Numbered from the stretch's first letter, positions 30,880-40,739 are shown. The stretch is DNA of 64,000 nucleotides from Syntrophaceae bacterium (GCA_013388635.1 JACAEX010000043.1:44073-108072); one strand, 5' to 3'. The notes: generated from the letters alone by a model not told the origin. Numbers and translations: made by a program.

Positions 30880-31487
30880 AAATTATCGAAACATATTCCC
30901 ACCTAAATGGTCTTGAATATCTTCTTGTTCACAAGCCAAATCTATGGCGAGAAATACAAGCTGTTATTTCCCATGTGGATGCAGAGAGGTTCAAAACCAA
31001 GGTTTCCAACGAGAAGACGATGAAGGGGAAAATCCTTTATAGCCCCATAGGGATGAATGCTGAGTTTAAAAGGTTACTCCGTGCAAAAAATTGGAAGGAA
31101 AGCCGAGTAAGCTATTGGGTTACTAAGAGTGAAAAGCTTATTAGGAAGACACTTACCATGTCTCCAGAGGAACAGAAGAAAGAAATAGAGGCAGCAGGTG
31201 AAGTACCTATTTTTAGTTACAATCAGACCGATTTTGTTAAAGATCGTGTAGCTCTTGAGGTGCAATTTGGTAAATATTCATTTGTAGCATATGACCTTTT
31301 CGTAAAACATCTTGCCTTCTATGTTGGCGACTATATTGATGTCGGGGTTGAAATCCTACCAATGAAATCTCTCCAATCACATATGAGTTCAGGTGTCCCC
31401 TACTATGAGGGTGAATTCTACAATGTTGTTAGGCAAGGTCGGGGAGTCCCTGCAGTTCCTTTGGTCATCATTGGAATTGCCTCATAA
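30876..31487 (+). CDS. BglII/BstYI-family type II restriction endonuclease (likely RGATCY)
   Basis: 203 aa; YSHLNGLEY, NQTDFVKDRVALEVQFGKYSFVAYDLFVKH and RQGRGVPAVPLV, recognised from memory as closely BstYI-like. Confidence 0.88.
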   Translation: MKIIETYSHLNGLEYLLVHKPNLWREIQAVISHVDAERFKTKVSNEKTMKGKILYSPIGMNAEFKRLLRAKNWKESRVSYWVTKSEKLIRKTLTMSPEEQKKEIEAAGEVPIFSYNQTDFVKDRVALEVQFGKYSFVAYDLFVKHLAFYVGDYIDVGVEILPMKSLQSHMSSGVPYYEGEFYNVVRQGRGVPAVPLVIIGIAS

Positions 31488-31497
31488 ATATAAAATC

Positions 31498-31573
31498 AGC
31501 TAACAATTCATCCAGCGCCTGCCTGCCGTAGGCAGGGATGGCTTACAGCCCCCGCTGATTTCAATCATTAGGC
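31498..31573 (+). mobile_element. Degenerate integron attC-like site interrupted by a 19-bp palindrome
   Basis: AGCTAAC ... ATTAGGC ends. Removing 31518-31536 leaves a 57-nt element with nested CAGCGG/CCGCTG and GGCT/AGCC stems. Confidence 0.6.
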
Positions 31574-31576
31574 CAG

Positions 31577-31756
31577 ATGGAAAAGATGACAGCCGAACAA
31601 TTAAAGGAAATGGCTAAGGCCCTGGACGGGCCAAGGGTGGTGCAGAAACTCTGCAGAGAGAAGTCGCAACCCACCACGGCAAGGGGCTATCCTCTCTATA
31701 CCTGTAATTTGTGCAGAGCTATCTGTCCTAAGGGAAAAGGTCTGGGCGGTTCTTAA
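31577..31756 (+). pseudogene. 59-aa ORF, probable internally deleted epoxyqueuosine-reductase-like 4Fe-4S gene remnant
   Basis: MEKMTAEQLKEMAKALDG...CREKSQPTTARGYPLYTCNLCRAICPKGKG, with a CxxCxxxCP motif; starts 3 nt after the attC-like end. Confidence 0.45.
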
Positions 31757-31760
31757 GGGC

Positions 31761-33032
31761 TCAAAATCTGGAGATCAAATTACCCTCTTCATCAAATGGA
31801 AAGTCGATCGGTTCGGTGAGGATCTCGATGCGGGGATTTGATCGGGCCTCGTCAAGCAAGGCTTCGGAGGCGAAGAGGTATTCCAGCTCCAGCGTGTTCT
31901 TGATCCAGAGGATCCGGAGATCCCTGGAGTCGAAGACCCCGGAGTTGTAGTGGGCCGTGCGCAAGGCCTCCCGGTCCCTTTCAAAGAAGACCGGAATACG
32001 AGCATTCTCGGGCACCATCCCGTTGATGCAGTTGATGTGCGTGGAGGGGTAGTCAATCTTATCAACCAGACGTTTGGTCGTATAATCCGCCATCCCGATC
32101 CCTGTCGCATTACCGTGAGTCCCCTCGGTGAGGTCCCTGACGAAGATTCGGGTGATCTTCGGATTCTCAAACCTTGGGTTTCCGATCAGTTGATTCCGGC
32201 CGACCACATTGGTATCCATTCCCGTGCCGCTGATATCCTTGCCCATCTCGTCCACGATCAGAATATCCACCTCATTGAACGGAAGAGAGGGCATCCATTC
32301 CCTTGCCCTTCTGAGGAGGGCCTTCTCCTTCTCTATAAACTCCTCCGGGCTCACAAGCTCGATCAGGGCTGTCTGATCGTACTGGTTTTCTATAATCCCT
32401 ATCCCAAAGAAGATGGGAAGCTTTTCAAGGAGGATCGAACCCACCTCAGCCAGGACCGTTGAAAAACCGTGTTTGATCGTCAGCCGGTGTACCATCAGCG
32501 ACCCCTGGTGCTTTCCCATGCCGATGGCCATCATCTTGATCAAACCGCTTTCGATCTCTCCCTTGAAATCGGTATGGGGCTTGATTCGATTGACGACGAT
32601 AATCTTATCCGCCCCTAAAAGATCTCTGCCGATCAAGACAGGGGTGCCGAATCTGGTCCGGCCAACCTCCTCAACATCCATGGAAGAGATAATGGGTGCT
32701 CCTACGCTCCTCTCCGTGATTCCGAGACTCTCCAGCACCTCCACCTGACCTTCTGCAGTCGCCCCTCCATGGCTTCCCATCGAAGGAACGACAAAGGGAG
32801 AGGCTCCCAAACTCCTGAGATGTTCGATCACCGTCTTTAGAACTCTGGGTTTATCTTTAATGCCCCGGCTTCCCGCGGTCAGAGCGATCCGCTCTCCTTT
32901 TTTAACCTTTCTGGATAACTGGAATCGATTCAAAAGCTCGGACACCCTCTGCTCGACATTCTCTAAGCGGGGGGCATCCATCTTCTGTCGAATCTTGAAA
33001 ATCTTTGGCAGGCTTTCCATCATCGATTGCAT
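31761..33032 (-). CDS. Lactate racemase (LarA/DUF2088)-domain protein
   Basis: TAGSRGI, PSMGSHGGATAEGQ, NRIKPHTDF, GKDISGTGMD. Confidence 0.72.
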   Translation of the reverse strand: MQSMMESLPKIFKIRQKMDAPRLENVEQRVSELLNRFQLSRKVKKGERIALTAGSRGIKDKPRVLKTVIEHLRSLGASPFVVPSMGSHGGATAEGQVEVLESLGITERSVGAPIISSMDVEEVGRTRFGTPVLIGRDLLGADKIIVVNRIKPHTDFKGEIESGLIKMMAIGMGKHQGSLMVHRLTIKHGFSTVLAEVGSILLEKLPIFFGIGIIENQYDQTALIELVSPEEFIEKEKALLRRAREWMPSLPFNEVDILIVDEMGKDISGTGMDTNVVGRNQLIGNPRFENPKITRIFVRDLTEGTHGNATGIGMADYTTKRLVDKIDYPSTHINCINGMVPENARIPVFFERDREALRTAHYNSGVFDSRDLRILWIKNTLELEYLFASEALLDEARSNPRIEILTEPIDFPFDEEGNLISRF

Positions 33033-33063
33033 TCCGTGATCTGCCCGATGCGATGCCTATGAT

Positions 33064-34155
33064 TCAAAGCAGGGCCTTTTCATCGTCCGGATCAAAAAGG
33101 TGGATATTCTCCAGGTTGGCCTGAAGCAAGATCTTCTGGTGGGGGATCACCCTTGTCTTGGGATCGACAGAGGCGATCAAGGAGTCCCGACCCGCCTTCA
33201 CATCGAGATAGATCTCATTTCCTATGGGCTCGATGATCTCGACGAGGGCTTCGATCGTTTCGCCTTCGACAGGGGCTGAGGCTTTTGAAAGGTCTTGCGG
33301 TCGAATGCCCAAGGTGATCTTCTTGCCTACATGATTTTGAAGATTTCGAGACCTCTCCTCGGGTATCCTCAACCGGAAACCATCCGCCTGAACGAACAAT
33401 CTGTTCTCCGATCCGATCAGCTCGGTCTCTATGAAATTCATGGTCGGACTTCCGATAAAGCCTGCCACAAACTTATTGATGGGATGAAAGTAGAGATCCA
33501 GTGGCTTCCCCACCTGCTGGATCAGGCCATCCTTCATCACGACGATCCGGTCCCCCATGGTCATCGCCTCCACCTGATCATGCGTGACATAGATGATGGT
33601 CGAGGAGAGGCGCTCGTGAAGTTTCTTCAATTCCCCCCTCATCTGAACCCTCAATTTGGCATCCAGATTGGAAAGGGGTTCGTCAAAGAGGAAGACCTGG
33701 GGTTTTCTCACGATGGTCCTTCCAACCGCCACCCTCTGGCGCTGTCCACCGGAGAGTTGCTTGGGTTTTCGGTGCAGGAGCTCCGAGATCTCAAGAAGAT
33801 CTGCCGCCTCTTTGACCCGCTCATCAATCTCCTTTTTGGACAACTTCCTCATCTCCAAGCTGAAGGCCAGATTTTGATAGACCGTCATATGCGGGTAAAG
33901 GGCATAGTTCTGAAAGACCATGGCGATATCCCGATCCTTGGCCGGGATCCGGTTGATCAGTCGGTCCCCGATATAGATATTCCCTTTCGTGATCTCCTCC
34001 AGCCCGGCGATCATCCTCAAGGTCGTTGTCTTCCCGCACCCGCTGGGACCGACGAAGACCACAAACTCCTTGTCTTCGATCTCTAAACTGAAGTCTTTGA
34101 CCGCGATCACCTCGTTGAAATATTTGGAGACGTTCTCCAGGATCACTCTTGCCAT
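33064..34155 (-). CDS. Carbohydrate ABC ATPase (MalK/UgpC family)
   Basis: GPSGCGKT, VFQNYALYPHM, LSGGQRQR, DEPLSNLD. Confidence 0.95.
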   Translation of the reverse strand: MARVILENVSKYFNEVIAVKDFSLEIEDKEFVVFVGPSGCGKTTTLRMIAGLEEITKGNIYIGDRLINRIPAKDRDIAMVFQNYALYPHMTVYQNLAFSLEMRKLSKKEIDERVKEAADLLEISELLHRKPKQLSGGQRQRVAVGRTIVRKPQVFLFDEPLSNLDAKLRVQMRGELKKLHERLSSTIIYVTHDQVEAMTMGDRIVVMKDGLIQQVGKPLDLYFHPINKFVAGFIGSPTMNFIETELIGSENRLFVQADGFRLRIPEERSRNLQNHVGKKITLGIRPQDLSKASAPVEGETIEALVEIIEPIGNEIYLDVKAGRDSLIASVDPKTRVIPHQKILLQANLENIHLFDPDDEKALL

Positions 34156-34162
34156 AGTTGCC

Positions 34163-34999
34163 TTACTCCTTTAAAGCCCCTGTTAAACCAGCCACATAGT
34201 GCTCAACAAAAAAGGAATAGACCAGGGCCACAGGGACTGAAGCTAAAAGAGCCCCGGTCATCAGCGGCCCCCAGTGATAAACGTCCCCGCGGACCAGCTC
34301 GGTCACCAGGCCGATGGGAACGGTTTTGCTCTCCGTCGTCGAAATGAATGCCAGGGCATAGAGAAACTCATTCCAGGATAGGGTGAAGGCGAAGATCCCA
34401 GCCGAGAAGATGCCGGGAAGGCAGAGAGGGATGACGATCCGCCAGAATACCCGGAGCCGGCTGGCCCCATCGATCATCGCGCATTCCTCCATCTCTTTGG
34501 GGATGGATTTGAAATAACCCATCAGAAGCCACGTGCAGAAAGGGATGAGAAAAGTTGGGTAGGTCAAGACCAGAGACCAGAGCGAGTCCCATAATCGGAG
34601 GTCGAAGATGATGGTCGCCAGAGGGATGAAGAGAATCGTGGGCGGGATGAGATATCCGAAGAAGATGGCCAATCCAGTCGGGCCAGAGGTTTTGAACTTG
34701 AGCCGCTGAATCGCATAGGCAGCAAGCAAGCTGGCTCCCAGGGAGATCGCCGTCGAGAGGATCGCCACAAAAAAGGTGTTGTACATCCACCGCAGGAAGA
34801 TGGTATCGAAGAGAAGGGTCTTCATATTCTCCAGTGTGGGCTGATGGACGTAGAAAGGGTTCAGTTTCAGGTTATACAGCTCCTTCATCGGCTTGAGGCT
34901 GGTATTGAACATCCAGTAGAACGGGAAGAGGAGAAAGATGACGAAGATGATGAGGGGCACGTAAAACCTGAAGAATTTGCTCCAGAATGATTCGATCAT
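34163..34999 (-). CDS. Carbohydrate ABC permease (MalG-like)
   Basis: EECAMIDGA EAA loop, SWNEFLYA. Confidence 0.92.
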   Translation of the reverse strand: MIESFWSKFFRFYVPLIIFVIFLLFPFYWMFNTSLKPMKELYNLKLNPFYVHQPTLENMKTLLFDTIFLRWMYNTFFVAILSTAISLGASLLAAYAIQRLKFKTSGPTGLAIFFGYLIPPTILFIPLATIIFDLRLWDSLWSLVLTYPTFLIPFCTWLLMGYFKSIPKEMEECAMIDGASRLRVFWRIVIPLCLPGIFSAGIFAFTLSWNEFLYALAFISTTESKTVPIGLVTELVRGDVYHWGPLMTGALLASVPVALVYSFFVEHYVAGLTGALKE

Positions 35000-35002
35000 C
35001 CC

Positions 35003-35944
35003 TTAATCCTCTCTCTTCAAGTATTTGAAGCTGATCAGCACACAGAGAACCAGGATCGGCAGAATAAAGTTGGAGATCGCTGCACCCTCCCCAAAGTGTC
35101 CACCCGGGATCGCCCTTTGAAACGAGAGCGTTCCAAAGAGATGGGTGGCATTCGCCGGTCCGCCCTTGGTGATCACCCAGACCAGTTGAAAATCACCGAA
35201 CGTCCAGATCGTGGAGAAGGTCGTGATCACCGCAAGAAGTGGAAGGATGAGAGGCAGGGTGATACGACGGAACCTCTTCCAAGACCCGGCCCCATCAATG
35301 GCAGCTGCCTCATAGAGAGTGGGGTCGATGGTCTGAAGTCCTGCCAGAAGGCCTATCGTAAAGAAAGGGATCCCCCTCCAGACATTGGCAACGATCAGAG
35401 AGATTCGGGCATTGGTCGGATCCCCGAGAAAATCAATCTTATGGTTGATCAGACCCATCTTGATCAGAGACCAGCTGATGGCGCTGAAGGTGGAATCATA
35501 AAGCCACCAGAAGACAATCGCAGAGAGGGCGGTGGGGATGATCCATGGAAGGAGAATGATCGCCCGGACCAGACCCTTGGCCTTGAAGTCCCGGTTGAGA
35601 ATGATGGCCAGGACAAATCCAAGAATTGCCTTGAACAACACGGCCACGATCGTATAGAGAAAGGTGTTATAGGTGACCAGCCAGAAGGTGGAGTCTTTCA
35701 GGAGGCTGACGTAATTGCCAACGCCGATGAAATCTCCCTTCCGACCGATCACGGTATCGGTGAAACCCAGCCAGAGGCCCAGGATGAAAGGATAGGCCAG
35801 AAAGATGAAGAGGATGGCCTCAGCCGGAATGACCAGAAGAAAGCCGAGGAAGTTGCGGTTCTCCATCAGTGTGGAGAACGCATTTCGGAGCCGAAGCCAT
35901 CCTCGCTCCTCCGCTTGTATCTGCACAGAACCCGATCCTTTCAC
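35003..35944 (-). CDS. Carbohydrate ABC permease (MalF-like)
   Basis: LLPW, LYEAAAIDGA, TKGGP. Confidence 0.92.
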   Translation of the reverse strand: MKGSGSVQIQAEERGWLRLRNAFSTLMENRNFLGFLLVIPAEAILFIFLAYPFILGLWLGFTDTVIGRKGDFIGVGNYVSLLKDSTFWLVTYNTFLYTIVAVLFKAILGFVLAIILNRDFKAKGLVRAIILLPWIIPTALSAIVFWWLYDSTFSAISWSLIKMGLINHKIDFLGDPTNARISLIVANVWRGIPFFTIGLLAGLQTIDPTLYEAAAIDGAGSWKRFRRITLPLILPLLAVITTFSTIWTFGDFQLVWVITKGGPANATHLFGTLSFQRAIPGGHFGEGAAISNFILPILVLCVLISFKYLKRED

Positions 35945-35964
35945 CCCATTCCCCTCTGAGCAGC

Positions 35965-37365
35965 CTATTTTTTAGGGGCTGCAGGAACCTCTTTTTTGGC
36001 TGGTGCCGGAGCTTCCTTCTTCGGCACGGAGACCTTCTTCTTGTAATACCGGAGGAGGCGTTGCTCAGCAATCCTGGCTGCCTCTTTGGGTGACTTTCCT
36101 CTCACGCAGACATCCCCGATCAGATCGACGACCACATATTCTGCCATCGCTGCAGCAGAAGCCGGCCCCTCGGGCCCTTCATATCCGTTCCAGAGCATAT
36201 TGGCAATGCAGTCTCTGAAGGGGGTGATCTTGGGATCGCTCGTCCAGATCGGCAGTTTCTTATAGTCCTTCAAGCTTGGGCCCACATAACCGATCATCGC
36301 ATTGATCCAGGGCGCGGCCTGAGGCTCCTCCAACATGAACATCAGGTAATGTTTGCAGGCATTCGGGAATCGGGTGTACTTAAAGATGAATGCCTGGTTG
36401 AAGAGGTGGAGTTCAGTCGGCTTTCCGACCGGTCCGATGGGCATGTTCACATGGTTCATGTCGTTTGCGATCTCGGGCCATTTGCCTTTTGCCGCCGCAT
36501 AGATGCTGATGCCGTTTGTGGTGACCGAGATCTCACCGGCCAGGAAGGCCTTGTTGTTATGGGGGTCAAGCCAGGAGGCTGTCCCGGGGATGAGGGTATC
36601 GTAGAGCTCTCTGACCGCCTCCAGGGCATTCCAGGTTTCGGGTGAATTGATGACCACATTCGCATCCTTATCCACGCACTTCCCACCAAAGGCCCAGAGC
36701 CAGTGGTGGGTCCAGTTGTTTCCATCGCCCACGGCATGTCCGAGGGCAAATCCTGGCGGATGACCTTTCTCCTTCAGTTTCTTACACATCTTGATAAATT
36801 CGAAGATATTGCTCGGCGGCTTTTCATAGCCCACCTCTTTGACCCAGCTCTCCCGGTAGTTGATGCAGTTCACCGGGCCACCCATGGGGATGGCGATCCA
36901 GCGGTTGGTCCTTGGGTTGATCGCATATTTATAGCAGACAGGCTCCCATCCTCCGTATTTTTTGCCCAGGTAGGTGGCGATGTCCGTGACATCGAGAAGC
37001 TTATCCGGGTAGAGATGGGGGTCATCGTGCCATCCGAGGACGATGTCGTGTCCCGCACCCACTGAGGCAGCCATGGCAGCCTTTGGCCTCACATCCTCCC
37101 AGCTGATGTATTCGGTCATCACCTTGCAGCCAGTCGTCTCCTCCCATTTCTTGGTGTTCTTGTTCCACAGATCCTTGTCGCCCTGGACGAAGACCTCCCA
37201 GCGCAGGACTCGCAAGACCGCATCCTTCTCAGGCTTCAGCGGAGGAGGTTCAACGCCTTTCTGCGCCACCGATTCAAACGGGAGCGAAGCCAGTCCAGCC
37301 CCAGCGATTCCAACTGCCGTGCTTTTAAGAAAATCCCTCCTTGTCAGTCCGTTCTTCTCTTTCAT
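35965..37365 (-). CDS. Carbohydrate ABC substrate-binding protein, Tat-exported
   Basis: TRRDFLK twin-arginine signal; family 1 binding-protein size; K/P/A-rich tail. Confidence 0.88.
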   Translation of the reverse strand: MKEKNGLTRRDFLKSTAVGIAGAGLASLPFESVAQKGVEPPPLKPEKDAVLRVLRWEVFVQGDKDLWNKNTKKWEETTGCKVMTEYISWEDVRPKAAMAASVGAGHDIVLGWHDDPHLYPDKLLDVTDIATYLGKKYGGWEPVCYKYAINPRTNRWIAIPMGGPVNCINYRESWVKEVGYEKPPSNIFEFIKMCKKLKEKGHPPGFALGHAVGDGNNWTHHWLWAFGGKCVDKDANVVINSPETWNALEAVRELYDTLIPGTASWLDPHNNKAFLAGEISVTTNGISIYAAAKGKWPEIANDMNHVNMPIGPVGKPTELHLFNQAFIFKYTRFPNACKHYLMFMLEEPQAAPWINAMIGYVGPSLKDYKKLPIWTSDPKITPFRDCIANMLWNGYEGPEGPASAAAMAEYVVVDLIGDVCVRGKSPKEAARIAEQRLLRYYKKKVSVPKKEAPAPAKKEVPAAPKK

Positions 37366-37522
37366 AGCCTTTCACCTCCTTCAAAGGTTCTCCTCACCAA
37401 ACCGAACTTCGCCATAGCCAGTCACAATGAAAAACTTTCCCTCGGTCCCACCTCCTTTCGTTGTGATGGAAAAGAACCTCCAGAATCTACACGGCCTATT
37501 AAACCCCCTTTTCTTGTCAATG

Positions 37523-38536
37523 TCAATATCGGCGGTTTTCATTGGCGGACCGGTAGGCATCATCCACCAGCTTCAAGGTCTTGAGGTTGTCGAGAGGATC
37601 GGTTTCAAAGGGCTTTCCGGTTCGCAGACACTCCACGAAGTGAGAGATGGCATGGTCGTACGAGCTCTGATAGGCCTCATCGAGATCGAAACAGACCGTC
37701 TCGTTCGTCTCCCCGGCAATGCTCAGTGTGTCGTTCTCAAAGAGAATGCTCGCACGATCGCCAATCAGCTCCAACCGGTCTCTCGGAAGGGGTGGAGCAC
37801 CGGCCGCTGAGAAGTTTCCCGAAACCGTACCAATAGCCCCTCCTTCAGCCTTGAGCATGATGAGCGCAACATCCTCGCCGATCACCTCAGGGCTGATCCG
37901 GCTGATCCTCGCGCTGACCACGCTCATCTCCCCGACCAGAAAACGGGCAGTGTCCAGATGATGGATGAGAAGTTCCAAGATGAGAAAGCGATCCATCTTT
38001 GCCATAAAAGGCTGCCTCTCCAGAGCAAAGGGTCTTCCACTCTCCGCCCTTGTCAGGAGGCCTGAGCTCCTCGTTGAGAATCGAAATTCGCTGATCGGCC
38101 CGGTCTTCCCTTCAGCCATCCAGCAGCCTGCCTGTCGGTATTGGGGTCGGAATCGCCAGTTCTCATGAACCATAAATCTTACTCTCTGACCGATCTCTGC
38201 CACCAATGCCTCGGCCTCCCTCAAGGTCGGAGCCATCGGCTTCTGACAGAGGATGTGAATGCCGCGCTCAGCTGCCATCTTGGCAAATCGGGCGTGGGCT
38301 TCCACAGCCACGGCAATGTCAAGGGCGTCGGGCCTCTCTCGGTCGAGCATCTCTTCGATATCGGAATAAACCCTTGGAATGTTAAATTCCGTTGCTCGAA
38401 TATTGGCCTTATCCAGATTTCGATTATAGAGGGCCACCACTTCAACCCCGGAGGCACGAGACCAGGCGATCAGATGATGCCGGGTCACCATCCCGGCCCC
38501 GGCTATGGCAACTCTGAGTTTTCTGACATTCGTCAT
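37523..38536 (-). CDS. Gfo/Idh/MocA-family oxidoreductase
   Basis: GAGMV, HILCQKPMA, HENWRFRP, IHHLD. Confidence 0.9.
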   Translation of the reverse strand: MTNVRKLRVAIAGAGMVTRHHLIAWSRASGVEVVALYNRNLDKANIRATEFNIPRVYSDIEEMLDRERPDALDIAVAVEAHARFAKMAAERGIHILCQKPMAPTLREAEALVAEIGQRVRFMVHENWRFRPQYRQAGCWMAEGKTGPISEFRFSTRSSGLLTRAESGRPFALERQPFMAKMDRFLILELLIHHLDTARFLVGEMSVVSARISRISPEVIGEDVALIMLKAEGGAIGTVSGNFSAAGAPPLPRDRLELIGDRASILFENDTLSIAGETNETVCFDLDEAYQSSYDHAISHFVECLRTGKPFETDPLDNLKTLKLVDDAYRSANENRRY

Positions 38537-38579
38537 ATCCTCCGTCTCCTCAAAAAAGGGAAATGGGGCAGAGGACTTC

Positions 38580-40307
38580 TTAATACTCCGTATAAGCGCC
38601 CTTGCTGGCCGGAGCCGCAGATTGAGTATACCGTTTCAATACCCCGGACCGGCGGGGAAATTCTGGCATCTTCCAGCGTTGCCTCCTTTTGTGAAGGTTC
38701 TCCTCGACCTTTTCTGGGCTCATGGGAGTGCCCTGAATTCCGACCACCTCCAACCTCCTCTGAGGGATGTCTATCCTTATCAGATCGCCATTCTCAACCA
38801 GAGCAATCGGGCCACCCCGGGCTGCTTCTGGACAGACATGACCAATGCATGGGCCCCTTGTCGCACCCGAGTACCTTCCGTCGGTGATGAGAGCAGTGGT
38901 CTTCGAGAGCAGGGGGTCTGCGGCCAGCGCCTCTGTCGTGGCAAGCATCTCCGGCATCCCCGTTCCTCTCGGCCCTTCATAACGGATGATGATCACATCC
39001 CCGGGTTTGATCTTCTTCTGGAGAACAGCGGCCAGGGCCTCTTCTTCCCGGTCGAAGACAATTGCTGGGCCTGTATGGACCAACATCTCCTTTGCCACAG
39101 CTGAAAACTTGATCACCGCACCTTCAGGAGCCAGACTTCCCTTGAGAACGGCAATCGACCCTTTTAGAGAGGCATTCTTCGCCTGCCGGATGACATCCTC
39201 CCGGCTCAGTTTATGATTTCTCAGCCATCCCTCGTTCCTCTCAAAGAAGCCCTCCTTCTTTAAATCCTCCAAATTCTCTTTCAGCGTCTTTCCTGTAACG
39301 GTTAAGACATCGAGGTTCAAGAGATCCCGGATCTCCCATTGGACTCGAGGAATCCCTCCTGCAAACCAGAAGAGCTCGGTCAGAAATCTTCCGCTGGGCT
39401 GGATATCGGTGAGGTAGGGAACGCTCCGGTTGGCCTTCTCGAAATCGTCGCAGGTGATCTCAATGCCGAGCTCGTGGCCGATCGCCGGAAGGTGAAGCAA
39501 GGCATTGGTCGATCCGGCAATGGCCGCATGAACCTTGATCGCATTAAGAAAGGCCTCTCGGGTCAGGATGTCTGAAACCCGGATCCCTCTCTCTGCCAGT
39601 TCCATAACCCTCTGGCCTGCCTTTCGCGCATATCGGTAAATCTCCCGTAGGGTCGCGGGGATGAGCGCCGCTCCAGGAAGGGCCATTCCTAAGGCCTCGG
39701 ACATGCACTGCATGGTGCTGGCCGTCCCCATGAACTGGCAGGCACCCGAGCTCGGATCGCACGACAGGATATAGGGCCTGGCCTCCTCTTTTGATACCCT
39801 TCCCTGTTTATATCCTGAGGTAATCTCTCCGCTCTTAGCGGAATGGGTCATATCCGGACCTAAGCGGGCACTTCCTCCCGGGATATGGAGGGCCGGGATA
39901 TTGATCCGGGAGGCGGCCATCAGATGTGCAGGGATCGCCTTATCACAGGAGGAGACGAGAACGATCCCATCCCAGGGCAAGACCGCAGCATGGACCTCGA
40001 CCATTTCGCAGATGATCTCCCTGGAAAGGAGGATATAGTTCATCCCATCGTGACCCATGGCCCAGCCATCGCAGATGTCCGTCACATGGAACTCCGAAGG
40101 TTTTCCTCCGCCCTGATAAACGCCCTTTGAGACCTCCTGAGAGATCGAATCGAGATGAAAACTGCCCGCGTGGCTGTGGCCGAAGACGTCGTCGATCAAT
40201 ATCTGTGGCCGCTCGAGATCCTCCTCGGACCAGTCCATCCCGCACCGCAAGGTATCGATCTGAAGCCAGTTCTCCCGAAATGGTCTCCCTCTCTGTTGAA
40301 TCGCCAT
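38580..40307 (-). CDS. IlvD/Edd-family dehydratase (sugar-acid dehydratase-like)
   Basis: ICDG, SSCDK, GACQFMGTASTM, GSTN, YEGPRG, TDGRYSG. Confidence 0.92.
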   Translation of the reverse strand: MAIQQRGRPFRENWLQIDTLRCGMDWSEEDLERPQILIDDVFGHSHAGSFHLDSISQEVSKGVYQGGGKPSEFHVTDICDGWAMGHDGMNYILLSREIICEMVEVHAAVLPWDGIVLVSSCDKAIPAHLMAASRINIPALHIPGGSARLGPDMTHSAKSGEITSGYKQGRVSKEEARPYILSCDPSSGACQFMGTASTMQCMSEALGMALPGAALIPATLREIYRYARKAGQRVMELAERGIRVSDILTREAFLNAIKVHAAIAGSTNALLHLPAIGHELGIEITCDDFEKANRSVPYLTDIQPSGRFLTELFWFAGGIPRVQWEIRDLLNLDVLTVTGKTLKENLEDLKKEGFFERNEGWLRNHKLSREDVIRQAKNASLKGSIAVLKGSLAPEGAVIKFSAVAKEMLVHTGPAIVFDREEEALAAVLQKKIKPGDVIIIRYEGPRGTGMPEMLATTEALAADPLLSKTTALITDGRYSGATRGPCIGHVCPEAARGGPIALVENGDLIRIDIPQRRLEVVGIQGTPMSPEKVEENLHKRRQRWKMPEFPRRSGVLKRYTQSAAPASKGAYTEY

Positions 40308-40342
40308 ACGCTTTACCTCCCCGGGAAGAAGATTCAGCCAGA

Positions 40343-40371
40343 ATCCTATCAAATATTTTCTCCTGAATCAA
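40343..40371 (-). promoter_or_regulatory. Putative sigma70 promoter for the dehydratase-Gfo-ABC-larA genes
   Basis: Minus strand TTGATT-N17-TAGGAT with TG extension. Confidence 0.4.
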
Positions 40372-40433
40372 TCGATTTCGTGCAGCGAAATTTATGGCAT
40401 TTCTACCAAAATTCTTGTATATATGGAAAGAGT

Positions 40434-40739
40434 ATGAAGCCAATCGATGCCGACAGAAAAATCATTCTGAGCCATCCCACGGACAACGTCGCCACTGCAA
40501 AATCTGAGATCCAACCTGAGACGATCCTTTTCTTACCAAAGGGAAGAAAGATTGAGGTAAGGGAGGAGATTCCGTTCGGTCATAAGGTCTGCCTCCGGAC
40601 GATACCAAAGGGAGGCCCTGTGATCAAATACGGCGAGCGCATCGGGAGGGCGATTCGAACAATCCGGCCTGGAGAGTTGGTCCACATCCATAATGTGGTG
40701 GGCGAGCGGGGAAAGAGTCAAAGTAAAAATAAAGGTTAA
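40434..40739 (+). CDS. UxaA/GarD-type dehydratase small (SAF) subunit
   Basis: DNVATA, IPFGHKV, VIKYG, GELVHIHNV. Confidence 0.88.
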   Translation: MKPIDADRKIILSHPTDNVATAKSEIQPETILFLPKGRKIEVREEIPFGHKVCLRTIPKGGPVIKYGERIGRAIRTIRPGELVHIHNVVGERGKSQSKNKG

